Positions 11,990 to 24,424 of a stretch of DNA of 64,000 nt are shown here, piece after piece. The position numbers and the translations under genes were made by a program. Source of the DNA: Octopus sinensis (lineage: Eukaryota); NCBI RefSeq assembly GCF_006345805.1, contig NC_043019.1, positions 14,507,360-14,571,359 of the forward strand, read 5' to 3'. Position 1 is the stretch's first letter. Each line of letters begins with the position of its first letter. The notes under the pieces were generated by a model. It was not told the DNA's origin. It searched no databases and saw only the letters and a list, made by a program, of their open reading frames with translations.

Positions 11990-12210
11990 TTCTTTTACTT
12001 GTTTCAATCATTTGACTACGGCCATGCTGGAGCTGCGCCTTTAGTCGAGAAAATCGACCCCAGGTCTTATTCTTTGTAAGCCTAGTACTTATTCTATCGG
12101 TTTCTTTTGCTGAACCGCTAAGTTATGGGAACGTAAACACACCAACATTGGTTGTCAAGCAATGTTGTTGGGACAAACACAGACACACAAACATATACAC
12201 ACACAACATT

Positions 12211-12241
<31 letters not shown>

Positions 12242-12426
12242 CATACACACAGACACATACACACACATATATATGACCAGCTTCTTTCAGTTTCTGTCTA
12301 CCAAATCCACTCACAAGGCTTTGATTGGCCCAAGGCTATAGTAGAAGACACTTGCCAAAGGTGCCACGCAGTGGGACTGAACCCAGAACCATATGGTTGG
12401 TAAGCAAGCTACTTACCACACAGCCA
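11990..12426 (-). mobile_element. SINE family A copy
   Basis: Full head-to-tail match to the other family A copies, with an internal TA/CA tract. Confidence 0.85.
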
Positions 12427-12470
<44 letters not shown>

Positions 12471-13557
12471 GGTTACAGGACGTCACCAACTGTAAACAAC
12501 ATGAAGTACAAAAACAAATGAGTTGAATACACAAACAACAAGAAAAAAAATGGAGAACAAGACAAATAAACACAGGGAAAGGACCCTTCATCAGTTGTCA
12601 GCTGTCTATCTACTCCTCATTTCAAGCATTCAACGACAATATGAGACTTCGAAGGCAGTTGCTCCCATAAATACCAAAATATGGAGGGTCGAAGTTGGAA
12701 ACAAAAAACAGGACAGTGGAGACATACAAGGAAACTGAATGAAAAACAAACATGAAGGGTCATTGGACCAGAATGAGGGGAAAATGGGGAATGCTGGGAG
12801 AAATATTTTCTTTGGAAAGAGAAAAGACAGAAGGCGTTCGTATAAACGCCTCTAATGCAAGTATATATTGGAGCGCACATTCTTTGTTTTGAAGAACAAA
12901 AAGCAAAATACATGCACACATATATGCCAATAAAGTAGTTGAGTAAAGATATTGTGTAAAGTCACTGGAGACCATTGAAATTTAAGAGTGGAGTTGTGTT
13001 TTCAGAAGACAAAGGAAATGTATAAACCAAGTTAAGACTATAGAAATAACATAGTGTGTGAAATGCATCACCTGTAATGCACATGCATGCCGTGAACCTC
13101 ATCAGTTTACCTGAAGGTCAACAAGACTCTGTGGTTTAAAACATTTAATCTAATTAGACAAGTTTATCAAAATCGATGAAATATTAGCCTTATCATCTGT
13201 GTGTCTAAAATATTACATTTAAAACAATTTCATTGCTCTATAACCAGGATCCATAATTCTTATATACATATGATTGGGCAGGGATTGAACCTCTGTATCT
13301 TTACTTCACATGGGGGAGGGTAGTAGTTTCAATGGTCTTATCACTAAGTTCTAGCAGTTCAAACCCAGCAGAACAAATGTATATTAAATACGACACCTGT
13401 TGATGAAAATCATCATCGAACTGTACAAAATAGGATTTTACAAACATGATGTTAACAAAGAACTCTTCCATCATGGTTTGTAGGTTGCTGCAAGAAAAAT
13501 AACATAAAATAAGATATTGAGCAGTTTTTAATAGGTTTCCTATTTATCCATATATTT

Positions 13558-14079
13558 TCATGCATGAGCGCTCTTTGTCATTGGGTTGTCTTCTGTTATG
13601 GGAGTGGTTATCGGTGTTCCAGTGGCTGATTTTGATTGCTGTGAGCCCTGATTTGCAGTGGGCGCCGGCTGCTGTTCTGGGGACTCTTCGATTCGAGACT
13701 TGCGCAGGGTGGCAAAGATGTCTTTGAAAAGGGACCGATAAGGTGGTGGGCTTGTCGTGGAGTCTCCAACGTCTGTATTCACCTCGACACAGCGATGCAG
13801 GTTTACAAGGAGGGTCTGCACTTCCTTGTGCGAAACACGGAAATTCCTGTCGGCTTCATCTTCATCAAAGTCTGTACCTGATCGAGGTCTCCGCAACTTG
13901 TGCTGCAGGAGAGACTCGTATTTTTGACATAGAGCGTAGTACTGTGACTCGAGCTCACTGAGAATGGAGACATTGGACTGTACACCGTTGCCTGACAGTT
14001 GTTCCCGAGTTTCCATTAGGACTTTGTGAATAGATTCATTACTGCCATACACACTGCCACCATCCTCTAAACGTGCAAC
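13558..14079 (-). CDS. CDR2L: CDR2/CDR2L homologue, last coding exon (522 nt including stop)
   Basis: Acceptor tttatctgcag|GTTGCA. Peptides VSILSELESQYYALCQKYESLL, SHKEVQT and PPPYRSLFKDIFATL correspond to CDR2 ISLLHEVDTQYSALKVKYEELL, SHKAVQT and PPEYKALFKEIFSCI. Confidence 0.93.
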   Translation of the reverse strand, partial: VARLEDGGSVYGSNESIHKVLMETREQLSGNGVQSNVSILSELESQYYALCQKYESLLQHKLRRPRSGTDFDEDEADRNFRVSHKEVQTLLVNLHRCVEVNTDVGDSTTSPPPYRSLFKDIFATLRKSRIEESPEQQPAPTANQGSQQSKSATGTPITTPITEDNPMTKSAHA

Positions 14080-14199
14080 CTGCAGATAAATAGAAAAGGA
14101 AACGAAAATAACAACTTTAGATTCAGGAACACTGGTTTGGAATTTGGTAAAACAGAGAAAAACTTTACAGCATCTAATACAAGAAAATTGGTCTAATAT

Positions 14200-14589
14200 A
14201 GGTGCCGGAGTGGCCGTGTGGTAAGTAGCTTGCTTACCAACCACATGGTTCCGGGTTCAGTCCCACTGCAAGGCACCTTGAGCAAGTGTCTTCTACTACA
14301 GCCTCGGGCCAACCAATGCCTTGTGAGTGGATTTGGTAGACAGAAACTGAAAGAAGCCCATCATATATATGTATATATATGTATGTAAGTGTGTGTATAT
14401 GTTTGTCCCCCCAACATCGCTTGACAACCGATGCTGGCGTGTTTACGTCCTTGTAACTTAGCGGTTCATCAAAAGAGACCGATAGAATAAGTACTAGGCT
14501 TCCAAAGAATAAGTCCAGGGGTCAATTTGCTCGACTAAAGGCGGTGCTCCAGCATGGCCGCAGTCAAATGACTGAAACAAATAAAGGAG
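14200..14589 (+). mobile_element. SINE family A copy in the last CDR2L intron
   Basis: ggagtggccgtgtggtaagtagcttgc...gactgaaacaaataaagg. Confidence 0.85.
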
Positions 14590-14715
14590 TAATATGCAGG
14601 CATGACTGCATGATAAGAAGTTTGCTTTCCAACTACACAGTTCCAGGTTCAGTCCCACTGCAACGCACCTTGGGCAAGTGTCTTCCACTATATTCCTACG
14701 CCAACCAAAGCCTGT

Positions 14716-15085
14716 CATCATCATGTCTGCTTTCCATGCTAGCATGGGCTGGACAGCTCAACCAGGGTCTAGGAAGCCAGGAGGCTCCACCAGGCTCCAG
14801 TCTGATCTGGCAGTGTTTCTACAGCTGGATGCCCTTCGTAAGCGGCCAGAAGAGGCTGGCAAACGGCCACGATCGGTTGGTGCTTTTTACGTGTCACCGA
14901 CACGGACGCCAGCCAGGCGGCGCTGACATTTGCCACATTCGGATGGTGCTTTTTACGTGCCACCGGCACGGGTATCATAACTAGAATTTCCATTTGATTC
15001 TTATTTTGATGTTGATGTACTTGACTCAATAGGTTTCCTCAAGCACAGCAGGTCACTATACGGAGACCTATTGAGTCATGTACGT
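14716..15085 (-). mobile_element. RTE 3'UTR-derived repeat
   Basis: tttccatgctagcatggg...ctacagctggatgcccttc...ggtgctttttacgtgccaccggcac. Confidence 0.65.
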
Positions 15086-15485
15086 CACATGTATAAATAT
15101 ATATTTCTTTTATCTTTTACTTGGCCCAGTCACCAGGCTGCAGCCATGCTGGGGCACCGCCTTGAAGAAATTTTAGTTTGAATGTATTGACCCTAGTACA
15201 TCATTTTTTAAAAAGCCTGGTACATATTTTATTGGCCTCTTTTGTGTGTATGTGTGTGTTTATCCCTTCCGCCACTTGACAATCAGAGTTGGTTTGTTTA
15301 TGTCACTATAACTTAGCAGTTCAACAAAAAGATCAATAGAATAAGCATCAGGTTCAAAAGGTTGATTCATCCAATTAAATCCTTCAAACTGGTGCTCCAG
15401 TATGGTCACAGTCCAATGACTTTGCTTTTTTAACAGTTCTAACTAGTTCCATTCAAACTATCTAAACCATGTCAGCATGGACAAC

Positions 15486-15790
15486 AGTGGAGGCGCAATG
15501 GCCCATTAGTTAGGGCAGCCGACTCGCGGTTTCGATTCCCAGACCGGGCGTTGTGTGTGTTTATTGAGCGAAAACACCTAAAGCTCCCCAAGGCTCCAGC
15601 AGGGGGTGGTGGCAACCCCTGTTGTACTCTTTCACCCCAACTTTCTCTCACTCTTTCTTCCTGTTTCTTGTCCCCGACTTCCTACGCAACCGCTGAGCCT
15701 GGATGTGCATTCATCCATCCGTCGATGCTCTCGGTGTCGGGGGTTGACCTGCTTTCTCTTCTGTGGGTCTTACGAATAGCAAAGGACCAC
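15486..15790 (+). mobile_element. tRNA-derived SINE family C
   Basis: gtggaggcgcaatggcccattagttagggcagc...tttcgattcccagaccggg (A/B-box-like head); same head at 37433 and, inverted, at 23478 and 64000. Confidence 0.7.
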
Positions 15791-15791
15791 G

Positions 15792-16330
15792 TTTTGATAC
15801 CAACCCAGCTGAAACCATCTCTGGCTCTGTAGTACAAATGACTTGTTTTCAAAAGTTTTGAATTAAAATATTCCACCAAACCTTAGTCACAATTTATGTT
15901 CCTAACACTAGCTGAATGATAACTAAGTTATTTTACTAAATTCTTTCTTATACTTAAAATTAATTGAAAGAAACACAGAGCATCTCAACAGGAATATGGT
16001 AACAAAAGGGTTAACAATTATTGAGAGTGAAACGGTTATTAGAGAGAAACAGGAATCACCACACAGGTCTTAATATATTATACTTCCATGTTGCTATGGT
16101 AACAGTTAACCCTTTTGATACCAACCAAGCTGAAACCACCTCTGGCTCTGTAGTACAGATGTCTTGTTTCCAAAAGTTCTGAATTAAAATCTTCCACCAA
16201 ACCTTAGTCACAATTTACGTTCCTAACACTAGCTTAATGATAACTAAGTTATTGTACTAAATTCTTTGTTATATTTAAAGTAATTGAAAGAAATATGGAG
16301 CATCTCAAAATAAACACAGTAACGGAAGGG
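15792..16330 (+). mobile_element. Compound piggyBac-type MITE dimer (two MITEs plus ~90-bp spacer), left end clipped
   Basis: MITE ends at 16010, spacer 16015-16105, second MITE 16110-16330 with TTAA junctions; the same spacer recurs at 21.8 and 35.1 kb. Confidence 0.75.
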
Positions 16331-16337
16331 TTAAAAC

Positions 16338-16685
16338 ATCTGAGAGGTAGACCCAGGAAGACATGGGATGAGGTGGTGAAGCATGATCTTCAACTATTGG
16401 ACCTCAGAGACGCAATGACTAGTGACAGACCTTTGGTGATATACTGTGCTTGAGAAGACCCCATCAAGCCAAGTGAAATTGTAGTCATGGAAGATACTAG
16501 TGTCAAGCAACTGGCACCTGTGCCAGTGACACATAAAAGAACCCATTACATTAGGAAGGGCATCCAATTGTAGAAACCATGCTAAATCAGATTGGAGTCT
16601 GGTGCAGCCCCTCAGCTTACCAGCCCTAGTAAAACTGTCCAACCCATGCCAGCATGGACAACAGACATTGAATGATGAGGATGTT
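16338..16685 (+). mobile_element. RTE-clade LINE 3' end (ORF C-terminus + 3'UTR + (ATG)n tail)
   Basis: Translates RGRPRKTWDEVVKHDLQLLDLRDAMTSDR, then ...ttaggaagggcatcca...aacccatgccagcatgga...atgatgagg; links the common '(CAT)n...ggatgcccttcctaacgcc' repeat to an RTE LINE. Confidence 0.75.
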
Positions 16686-16782
16686 GAGTAAGACAATGGA
16701 AAATATGCATCACCAAAAATATCTCATGCTTGTAGATTTGTACCAAAACTACACCTGACAAAGCTTAGCATGATGTACATAC

Positions 16783-17007
16783 CTTGCCTTCACTTGTCAT
16801 CTGTGGTTCGTCATGCTCCACTTCTTTGCCAAGGACTCCAGCTGGTAGACATGGTTTGATTTCATTACCACAACGACGACACACCTTTTCGGATCGTAGC
16901 TGTAACTGCTTCAGTTCCGCCTCTAATTTGTTTGTGTCCATCAGCCTCTTCTCCAATTCTTCAACTTTGGCCTCCAGATTTTGATTGTCTTGGATCAATA
17001 CAGCTAC
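16783..17007 (-). CDS. CDR2L: CDR2/CDR2L homologue, internal exon (225 nt, phase 0/0)
   Basis: Acceptor gtgttgtag|GTAGCT, donor AAG|gtatgt; VAVLIQDNQNLEAKVEELEKRLMDTNKLEAELKQLQ coiled coil, comparable to CDR2 YGLVLKENSELEQQL...LEAEVAEMR. Confidence 0.88.
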
Positions 17008-17654
17008 CTACAACACAACAGGTATTAGTGAGAGAGATATTAGCAGAACCATTAGATGAGTGGCTCTCAACTGGAGTCCATATGACCCATGGCAGGAGCA
17101 ATATAAGATTTTGTTGTTAAAGTTTCTAAAAATAGCCTATGAACACCATCAAACTGTTGAAGCTAGGTATAAAAGCAGAGTTAGTAATAAATATGTATTA
17201 TGTAGTTATATAACATTGTGGACCACAATTCTTGTCCTTGGAGAGCAACTGTTATTTCCTATTTGCTTATCCATAGAAAGTATGAAAAATGGATAATGTT
17301 TCTTTCAAATTTTGCTTACGTTACATTTATTCAAACCCCATAGAAACCCTCTCAACACATAGCTATGATGCTCCCCAACTACTCCTACTCATCATCAGAG
17401 ATACACATATTGTCAGCCATTAATAGACATGCTCAAGTGGTTATGGTCAAGCAACTGACAAGCAAATCTGATTAGACTAGTTGCTAAAATGATATTTCTG
17501 CTTCAACAACACAATACTGAATCTGTCTGAAATGTAACGGATAATAGATCAGTTTCGAATCATTGATGTCCAGAGTTTGAAGGGAATAGTTATTCATCTC
17601 CTTTGATTTTTAGATAGAAATAAATAAGAAATAACACTGACTTTAAAAACCCAG

Positions 17655-18172
17655 AGACATGCAACCAAGAGAATACCCTCCATCAGGCATTTGCCATATT
17701 CTGAACGCCTTACTTCCCTGGGCGTGGATACATTGAATTGAAACTCCGACATCTGGCAGCTGGCTTGGCAGACACTCATAAAATTATTAACCATCTTACA
17801 AACAATAACTCTGAGCACCTTTTCAAACTCCACCTGTCTAACACCCGTGGACATGTCAGAAAACAGCACAGCTCCCATGACTTTCGGAAACATTTTTTCA
17901 TGCTAAGAGTTGCCGAAGCATGGAACAAACTGCCGGCATCAGTTGCTAGTTGTCGGAGCACTGCATCCTTCAAAACTTTCATGCTTCCTGAGATTCGCAA
18001 ACACTACACCTGATTTTCTCCCCTCCATCCACACAAGCAAGCATGTATCTGACTCATACACATCCCAGGCATTTGTACATTACTGCATATTCTTTATACG
18101 CACTTTTGACAAGTTGTGGTGCACCTGAGCACTGTATACAATAACTTCATTATTATTATTATTATTATTATT
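17655..18172 (+). mobile_element. CR1-like LINE 3' fragment with (ATT)n tail
   Basis: ATKRIPSIRHLPYSERLTSLG...LFKLHLSNTRGH...RKHFFMLRVAEAWNKLP; near-identical to 26183-26632. Confidence 0.8.
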
Positions 18173-18228
18173 TTAAAACAAAACACAAAAAATCTCGTTA
18201 CACATTGTAATCAAAGGTAAATTTTTAC

Positions 18229-18541
18229 CTCAATTTCAAAATCCTCTCGTTTCCGTTTTTCAATAACCTGTTGCGTTTTAAGGTTTCTAACGGTGTCTTG
18301 TAGTTTACGTATTTCTGTTTCATAAGGATTTAGATGGAGGCCTTGTTTAAACTGGTTATGACTCCAACTTGGGAAACTAGTCGGGTAAAAATCTTCATAG
18401 TTGATATCATGCAGGCTGGGTACGCTCATAGTTTTGCGCCTTTCAGCCTTTTCTCGTTGGCGTTCAGCAGTGAGCAATTCTTCCACTTTGGTTTGTAATT
18501 CTCCATTTCTTACTTCAATGTTCACCAATTCTTCCTGTAAA
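18229..18541 (-). CDS. CDR2L: CDR2/CDR2L homologue, internal exon (313 nt, phase 2/0)
   Basis: Acceptor ctatttcag|TTTACAG, donor GAG|gtaaaa; LQEELVNIEVRNGELQTKVEEL...NPYETEIRKLQDTVRNLKTQQVIEKRKREDFEIE, comparable to CDR2 SPDEEENEHLKKTVTMLQAQLSLERQKR. Confidence 0.9.
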
Positions 18542-18984
18542 CTGAAATAGAAAGGTTCTGTTTTTTTTTACTACTTCCTACATGACTGATTCTTATCGAA
18601 TTATTTACAGTATTTTTTTTTCATTATGTAACAAATTCACTTTTCTAGTCATTGCTTCTCTGACAAATACTAACAACTTTAAATCTACATTCTTGATTGG
18701 TTCAGTGAAATCAAAGACCCCCGTCTACTGTGACTACTATTAATACTGCTGCTGTTATTGTTGTTGTTAAGCAACAAGACGGGGTGTAAAGGTGATTAGG
18801 TGATGGTCTAGGGCTTAGGGGCGGGAGACCCCAGACCTTGGGGAAAAAACCCAAAAAACTTTGGTCGTCTTGTTGTAGTCGAGGGCTCTTCGTTGATACC
18901 CGACACCACTGGGAGGTGGCCCTCGATCGCTGGAAATGGAGATCTCCAGGTCCAAATTCTTGGACGGCTGCTGCTGCTACTACT

Positions 18985-19395
18985 ACTCTTTTACTTGTTT
19001 TAGTCATTTGACTGCAGCCATGCTGGAGCACTGCCTTTAGTCGAGCAAAACAACCCCAGGACTTATTCTTTGGATGCCTAGTACTTATTCTATCGGTCTG
19101 TTTTGCCAAACTGCTAAGTAAACACACCAGCATCGGTTGTCAAGTGATGTTGGGGAGACAAACACAGTCACACAAACATACACCCACACACACACATACA
19201 TACATACACATATATATATATACACATATATACGACGGGCTTCTTTCAGTTTTCGTCTACCATATCCACTCACAAGGCTTTGGTCAACCCGAGGCTATAG
19301 TAGAAGACACTTGCCCAAGGTGCCACGCAGCGGGACTGAACTCGGAACCATGTGGTTCGTAAGCAAGCTACTTACCACACAGCCACTCCTACGCC
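18985..19395 (-). mobile_element. SINE family A copy
   Basis: Full-length reverse-complement match. Confidence 0.85.
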
Positions 19396-19605
19396 TATGA
19401 CAGAGCAATTTCAACGCCAAAGGGTTAAAACATTTTGACGAAGAACCGAATCCTCATCCCATTTGCAATGAGGTACTTCTGTGAATCTGGATTCAGACAA
19501 AATAATCTAGGAATCAACTGAATCCACATGTAGAGCAACAGATTGGAATCTGAAAGAAAATTCCATGTTTTGATAAAAGTTATAAACAAGAGGCAAGAAC
19601 AAAGT

Positions 19606-19990
19606 TACTCTCTTTTACTCGTTTCAGTCATTTGACTGCGGCCATGCTGGAGCAGCACCTTTAGTCGAGCAAATCAACCCCAAGACTTATTCTTTGTAAG
19701 CCCAGTACTTATTCTATCGGTCTCTTTTGCCGAACCGCTAAGTGACGGGGACGTAAACATACCAGCACCAGTTGTCAAGCGATGCTAGAGGGACAAACAC
19801 ACACATATATACACATATATATACATATATACGACAGGCTTCTTTCAGTTTCCGTCTACCAAATCCACTCACAAGGCTTTGGTCGGCCCGAGGCTATAGC
19901 AGAAGACACTTGCCCAAGATGCCACGCAGTGGGACTGAACCCGGAACCATGTGTCTGGTTAGCAAGCTACTTACCACATAGCCACTCCTG
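19606..19990 (-). mobile_element. SINE family A copy
   Basis: Full-length reverse-complement match. Confidence 0.85.
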
Positions 19991-20119
19991 TTGAATTCTA
20001 TGTTTACAATTGTGATTATTGTTACTGTTAACAGTTTATTTTTCTAATTGTTCAATGTACATTCACACTTTTTCTTTGCAGTAAGTCAAAAGCTGATAAT
20101 TAATATTATCATTTTTATG

Positions 20120-20335
20120 TAAGGAGGTCAGCTGACAGAATCGTTAGCATGCCAGGCAAAATGCTTAGTGGCATTTCATCTGTCCTTACGTTCTGAGTTC
20201 AGATTCTGCTGAGGTTGACTTTGCCTTTCATCTTTTTGGGGGTCAATAAAATAAAATACGACTTACACACTGGGATCAACGTAATCGACTAGTGCCCACC
20301 CCTGAAGTTTCACGCCTTGTGCATATAGCAGAAAG
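20120..20335 (+). mobile_element. SINE family B (Meta-SINE-like central domain)
   Basis: aaggaggtcagctgacagaatcgttagc...tctgagttcag...gaggttgactttgcctttcatc...ggggtcaataaa; many further copies in the window. Confidence 0.7.
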
Positions 20336-21030
20336 AAGAAGGAGAGGAGGAGGAAGAAGAGAAGAAGAGGAGGAGGAAGAAGAAGAGGAGGAAGAAGAGA
20401 AGAGGAGGAGGAAGAAGAAGGAGGAGGAGGAAGAAGAAGAAGAAGAAGAGGAGGAGGATGGAGAAGGAGAGGAGGAGGATGGAGAAGGAGAGGAAGGAGA
20501 AGAAGAGGAGGAGGAAGAAGAAGAAGAGGAGGAAGAAGAAGAGGACGAGGACGAAGAAGAGGAGGAAGAGGAAGAAGAAGAAGAAGAAGAAGAAGAAGAA
20601 GAAGAAGAAGAAGAGGAGAAAGAAGAAGAAGAAGAGAGGAGGAGGAGGAAGAAGAAGGAGAAGGAAGGAGAAGAGGAGGAGGAGGAAGAAGAAGGAGAAG
20701 GCAGGAGAAGAGGAGGAGGAGGAAGAAGAAGGAGAAGGAAGGAGAAGAGGAGGAGGAGGAAGAAGGAGGAGGAGGAGGAGAAGAGGGGGAGGAGGAGGAG
20801 AAGGAGAAGAGGAGGAGGAGGAAGAAGGAGAAGAGGAGGAGGAGGAAGAAGAGGAGGAGGAGGAGGAGAAGAGGAGGAGGAGGAAGAAGCAGAGGAGAAG
20901 AAGAGGAGGAGGAAGGAGGAGGAGGAGGAGGAAGAAGGAGAAGAGGAGGAGGAGGAAGAGGAAGAAGAAAGAGAAGAATTATTATTACTATTATTCTTAT
21001 TATTATTATTATTACTATTATTATTATTAT
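20332..21030. repeat. (GAA/GAG/GGA)n purine-rich low-complexity tract followed by (ATT)n
   Basis: About 645 nt almost entirely of A/G triplets, growing from the tail of a family B SINE. Confidence 0.95.
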
Positions 21031-21031
21031 G

Positions 21032-21245
21032 TAAGATGGCAAGCTGGTAGAATCATTAGCATACTGGGCAAAGTACAAATGCTTCGCAGTTTTTTGTTCT
21101 GAGTTCAAATTCCACTGAGGTCAACTTTACATTTTATCCTATCGGGGTCGATAAAATAAAGTATCAATTGTGTGCTGGGGTCAATGTAATCGACTCACAC
21201 ACCCTCCACCAAAATTGCTGGCCTTGTGCCAAAATTTGAAATTAT
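21032..21245 (+). mobile_element. SINE family B copy
   Basis: aagatggcaagctggtagaatcattagc...gaggtcaac...cggggtcgataaaataaag, flanked by (ATT)n. Confidence 0.7.
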
Positions 21246-21543
21246 TATTATTAGTAGTAGTAGTACCCTGCGGTGCATAAGCGAAAGCAGGATATTGTAG
21301 TCACTCGTCTTTGTCTGTGTTTGCAAAATTATTGGAAAACGGTTGAACGTATTTTCACCAATTTTGAGAGAAATACTTATTGTGTGAATGGCTCGATTCC
21401 ATTATTTTCGTTTGATTATCTTCAAAACTAGGCGGAAGGGTCAATCAAAATGTTTCCTTTCTCTACAGAAACGATAAGCAGGGGAAATAACTCTTGATGT
21501 CATTTTGTTGAAATATGAATTCGTCTGAGAAAATATTTATTAA

Positions 21544-22055
21544 CCCTTTCGTTACTGTATTTATTTTGAGATGCTCAATGTTCCTTTCGATTACTTTAAA
21601 TATAACAAAGAATTTAGTAAAATAACTTAGTTACGATTCAGCTAGTGTTATGAACATAAATTGTGACTAAGGTTTGGTGGAAGATTTTAATTCAAAACTG
21701 ACGAAAACAAAACATTTGTACTACAGAGCCAGAGGTGGTTTCAGCTGGGTTGGTATCATGGAAGTATAGTATATTAAGACCTGGAAGTATAGTATATTAA
21801 GACCTGTGTGGTGATTCCTGTTTCTCTCTAATAACTGTTTCACTCTCAATAATTGTTAACCCTTTTGTTACCATATTCCTGTTGAGATGCTCTGTTTCTT
21901 TCAATTAATTTTAAATATAACAAAGAGTTTAGTAAAATAACTTAGTTATCATTCAGCTAGTGTTAGGAACATAAATTGTGACTAAGGTTTGGTGGAAGAT
22001 TTTAATTCAGAACTTTTGGAAACATGACATTTGTACTCAGAGCCAGTTTCAGCCG
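21544..22055 (-). mobile_element. Compound piggyBac-type MITE dimer, second copy
   Basis: TTAA-CCCTTTCGTTAC start; spacer is the reverse complement of 16015-16105 with a local 23-bp duplication; second MITE starts at 21860. Confidence 0.7.
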
Positions 22056-22714
22056 GTAAATTTCATTTTAACCTTGTGTGTGCACAGGGTATGCATCGCC
22101 CATCTAATGCCTTTTTTTGTAAAGACTTCCGCCCGTACTCCCCATTTTCTCCCAAATTTGTTTATTTAAAAAATTTTTTTTTGCCAAAAATCTGTATTGT
22201 TAAATCCCCCCCTCTTTCCCACCCCCGAATTCTTCAACATTGACTTTTTTCCACAACACTAGCCAAAACCCTAACCCTAACCCTAATTGTAACTACAGAA
22301 ATGTTTTGAAATTTTTGTCCGAATCATAAATGTCCGTATTTTTCCACATATTTGGAAAAAGAAAAAATTCTTACAAAACAATTTTTGGGGAAATTTCTTT
22401 CAGAATTACAATTTCCGTATTTTTCAGCATATTTTGAAAAAAAAAATTCTGAAAAAGGTAAAAAATGAAGGAAATGGGGGTGGGGTGGTAATTTAAAAAT
22501 GCCGATTTTTGCCAATTTTTTTTGCAGATTCGTATTCCCCGTAGCCGAAAAGGGGGGTTAGTGTTGAAAAAAAAAAGAAATTTTTAAAAAGGGTGGTTAT
22601 TGGGGGGACGGGCGGAAGTCTTGCTTTTTTTGTTGTTATTATTATTATTAGTAGTAGTAGTAGTAGTAGCAGCAGCAGTAATAGTAGCAGCAGCAGTAGT
22701 AGTAGTAGTAGTAG

Positions 22715-22935
22715 TAAGGTGGCGAGCTGACAGAATCGCTAGCATGCCAGGAAAAATACTCGGCAGTATTTCGTCTGCCGCTACATTCCGATTTCAAATT
22801 CTGCCAAGGTCGACTTTGCCTTTCATCCTTTCGGGGGTCGATAAATTAAGTACCAGTTGTGTACTGGGGTCAATCTAATCGACTGGCCCCTTACCCCAAA
22901 AAATTTCAGGCCTTGTGCCAATGATAGAAAGGATT
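22715..22935 (+). mobile_element. SINE family B copy
   Basis: aaggtggcgagctgacagaatcgctagc...aggtcgactttgcctttcatcctttcgggggtcgataaattaagtacc. Confidence 0.75.
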
Positions 22936-23124
22936 ATTGTTATTATTAGTAGTAGTAGTAGTAGTATTATGTTGGTTCAGTTTTGTTCCTCCACAATACT
23001 ATTTGTGGGATTAAGCCAAAAAATGGAAACTTATGGAGTTGTACTTTTTTAGCCGGTAACTCAGTCTGAAACCATATTGCTGGACCTGGAGGAAGTACAT
23101 TATACTAGAGCTAACCAAATCGTT

Positions 23125-23478
23125 ATGGCACTCTGTCGGTTACGACGACGTGGGTTCCAGTTGATCCGACCAATGGAACAGTCAGCTCTGAAATTTACAT
23201 GCAAGTGGCTGAGCACTCCACAGACACCTGTACCCTTAACGTAGTTCTCAGAGAGATTCAGTGTGACACAGAGTGTGGCAAGGCTGGCCCCTTTGAAATA
23301 CAGGTACAACAGAAACAGGAAGAAAGAGTGTGAGATGGTTGTGGCGAAAGAGTACAGCAGGGTTTGCCACCCCCCACCCCCTGCTGGACTTACATGGAAC
23401 TTTAGGTGTTTTCGTTCAGTAAACATTCACAACGCCCCGTCCAAGAATCGAAACCGCGAGTCCACTGCCCTAACCATA
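23125..23478 (-). mobile_element. SINE family C copy
   Basis: Reverse complement of 37433-37803. Confidence 0.7.
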
Positions 23479-23784
23479 TAAATACTTATCATCATATTTA
23501 ACATCCTTTGTTCCATGCTTGCATGTGTCAAATAGAATTCTCTGAGGCAGATTTTCCAAAGACATAATGCCCTTTCTGTCACCACACCTTATCTGCTTCC
23601 AACCATGGTAATAATTCCCCATGGATGGGCATATCTGCATGGAAAATTGGAAACAAAAGGCATTGCTTATATGATGACGATGATGATGATGATGATGATT
23701 ATTTACAAATCTAATGCAAGGTCATGAGAAGAGGAGCAGAAATAAATATACTTGCATACACACACACATACAGCTATATTCATA

Positions 23785-24400
23785 TCCGTGCTGTGGGCAC
23801 GTAACAAACACCATCCGAGCGTGGCCGTCTGCCAGCCTCGTCTGGCACCTGTGTCGGTGGCACATAAAAAACACCATCCAAACGTCATCGACTGGCCTCC
23901 GTGCTGTGGGCACGTAACAAACACCATCCGATCGTGGCCGTTCGCCAGCCTCATCTGGCACCTGTGTCGGTGGCACATAAAAACACCATCCGAGCGTGGC
24001 CGTCTGCCAGCCTCGCCTGGCACCTGTGTCGGTGGCACATAAAAAACACCATCCAAACGTCATCGACTGGCCTCCGTGCTGTGGGCACGTAACAAACACC
24101 ATCCGATCGTGGCCGTTCGCCAGCCTCGTCTGGCACCTGTGCCGGTGGCACATAAAAAACACCATCCGAGCATGGCCGTTTGCCAGCCTCGTCTGGCACC
24201 TGTGTCGGTGGCACATAAAATCACCCACTACACTCTCGGAGTGGTTGGCGTTAGGAAGGGCATCCAGCTGTAGAAACACTGCCAGATCTGACTGGACTGG
24301 TGCAGCTTTCAGGCTCCCCAGACCCCAGTTGAACCGTCCAACCCATGCTAGCATGGAAAGCGGACGTTAAATGATGATGATGATGATGATGATGATGATA
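23785..24400 (+). mobile_element. RTE 3'UTR fragment with internal higher-order tandem repeat (~63-bp and ~50-bp units) and (ATG)n tail
   Basis: Recurrent ggcacrtaa(c/a)aaacaccatcc units at 23788-24220, then ggttggcgttaggaagggcatccagc...ggacgttaaatgatgatg. Confidence 0.8.
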
Positions 24401-24424
24401 TATATATATATATACGTTTATATA

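Noticed and set aside
12470-12730. CTGATGA on the minus strand as another hammerhead
   Set aside because: No stem II plus GAAA downstream in the required order could be drawn; probably a Penelope-like fragment but unsupported as a ribozyme.
7080-13557. Very long CDR2L 3'UTR ending near 7.2 kb
   Set aside because: Plausible from composition, but several ATTAAA-like sites exist and nothing in the sequence fixes the transcript end.
14080-14244. N-terminal 55 aa of ORF 13558..14244
   Set aside because: Lies upstream of the splice acceptor at 14080-14081 and runs into a SINE; intronic read-through.
20263-21108. Poly-E, poly-K/R and poly-L/P/S ORFs
   Set aside because: Translations of a GAA/GAG microsatellite grown from a SINE tail; no splice signals or protein complexity.
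22060-22620. Unusual homopolymer-rich stretch with (CCCTAA)3
   Set aside because: Looks like poorly polished long-read sequence of a repeat; three telomere units are too few for a telomere or fusion site.
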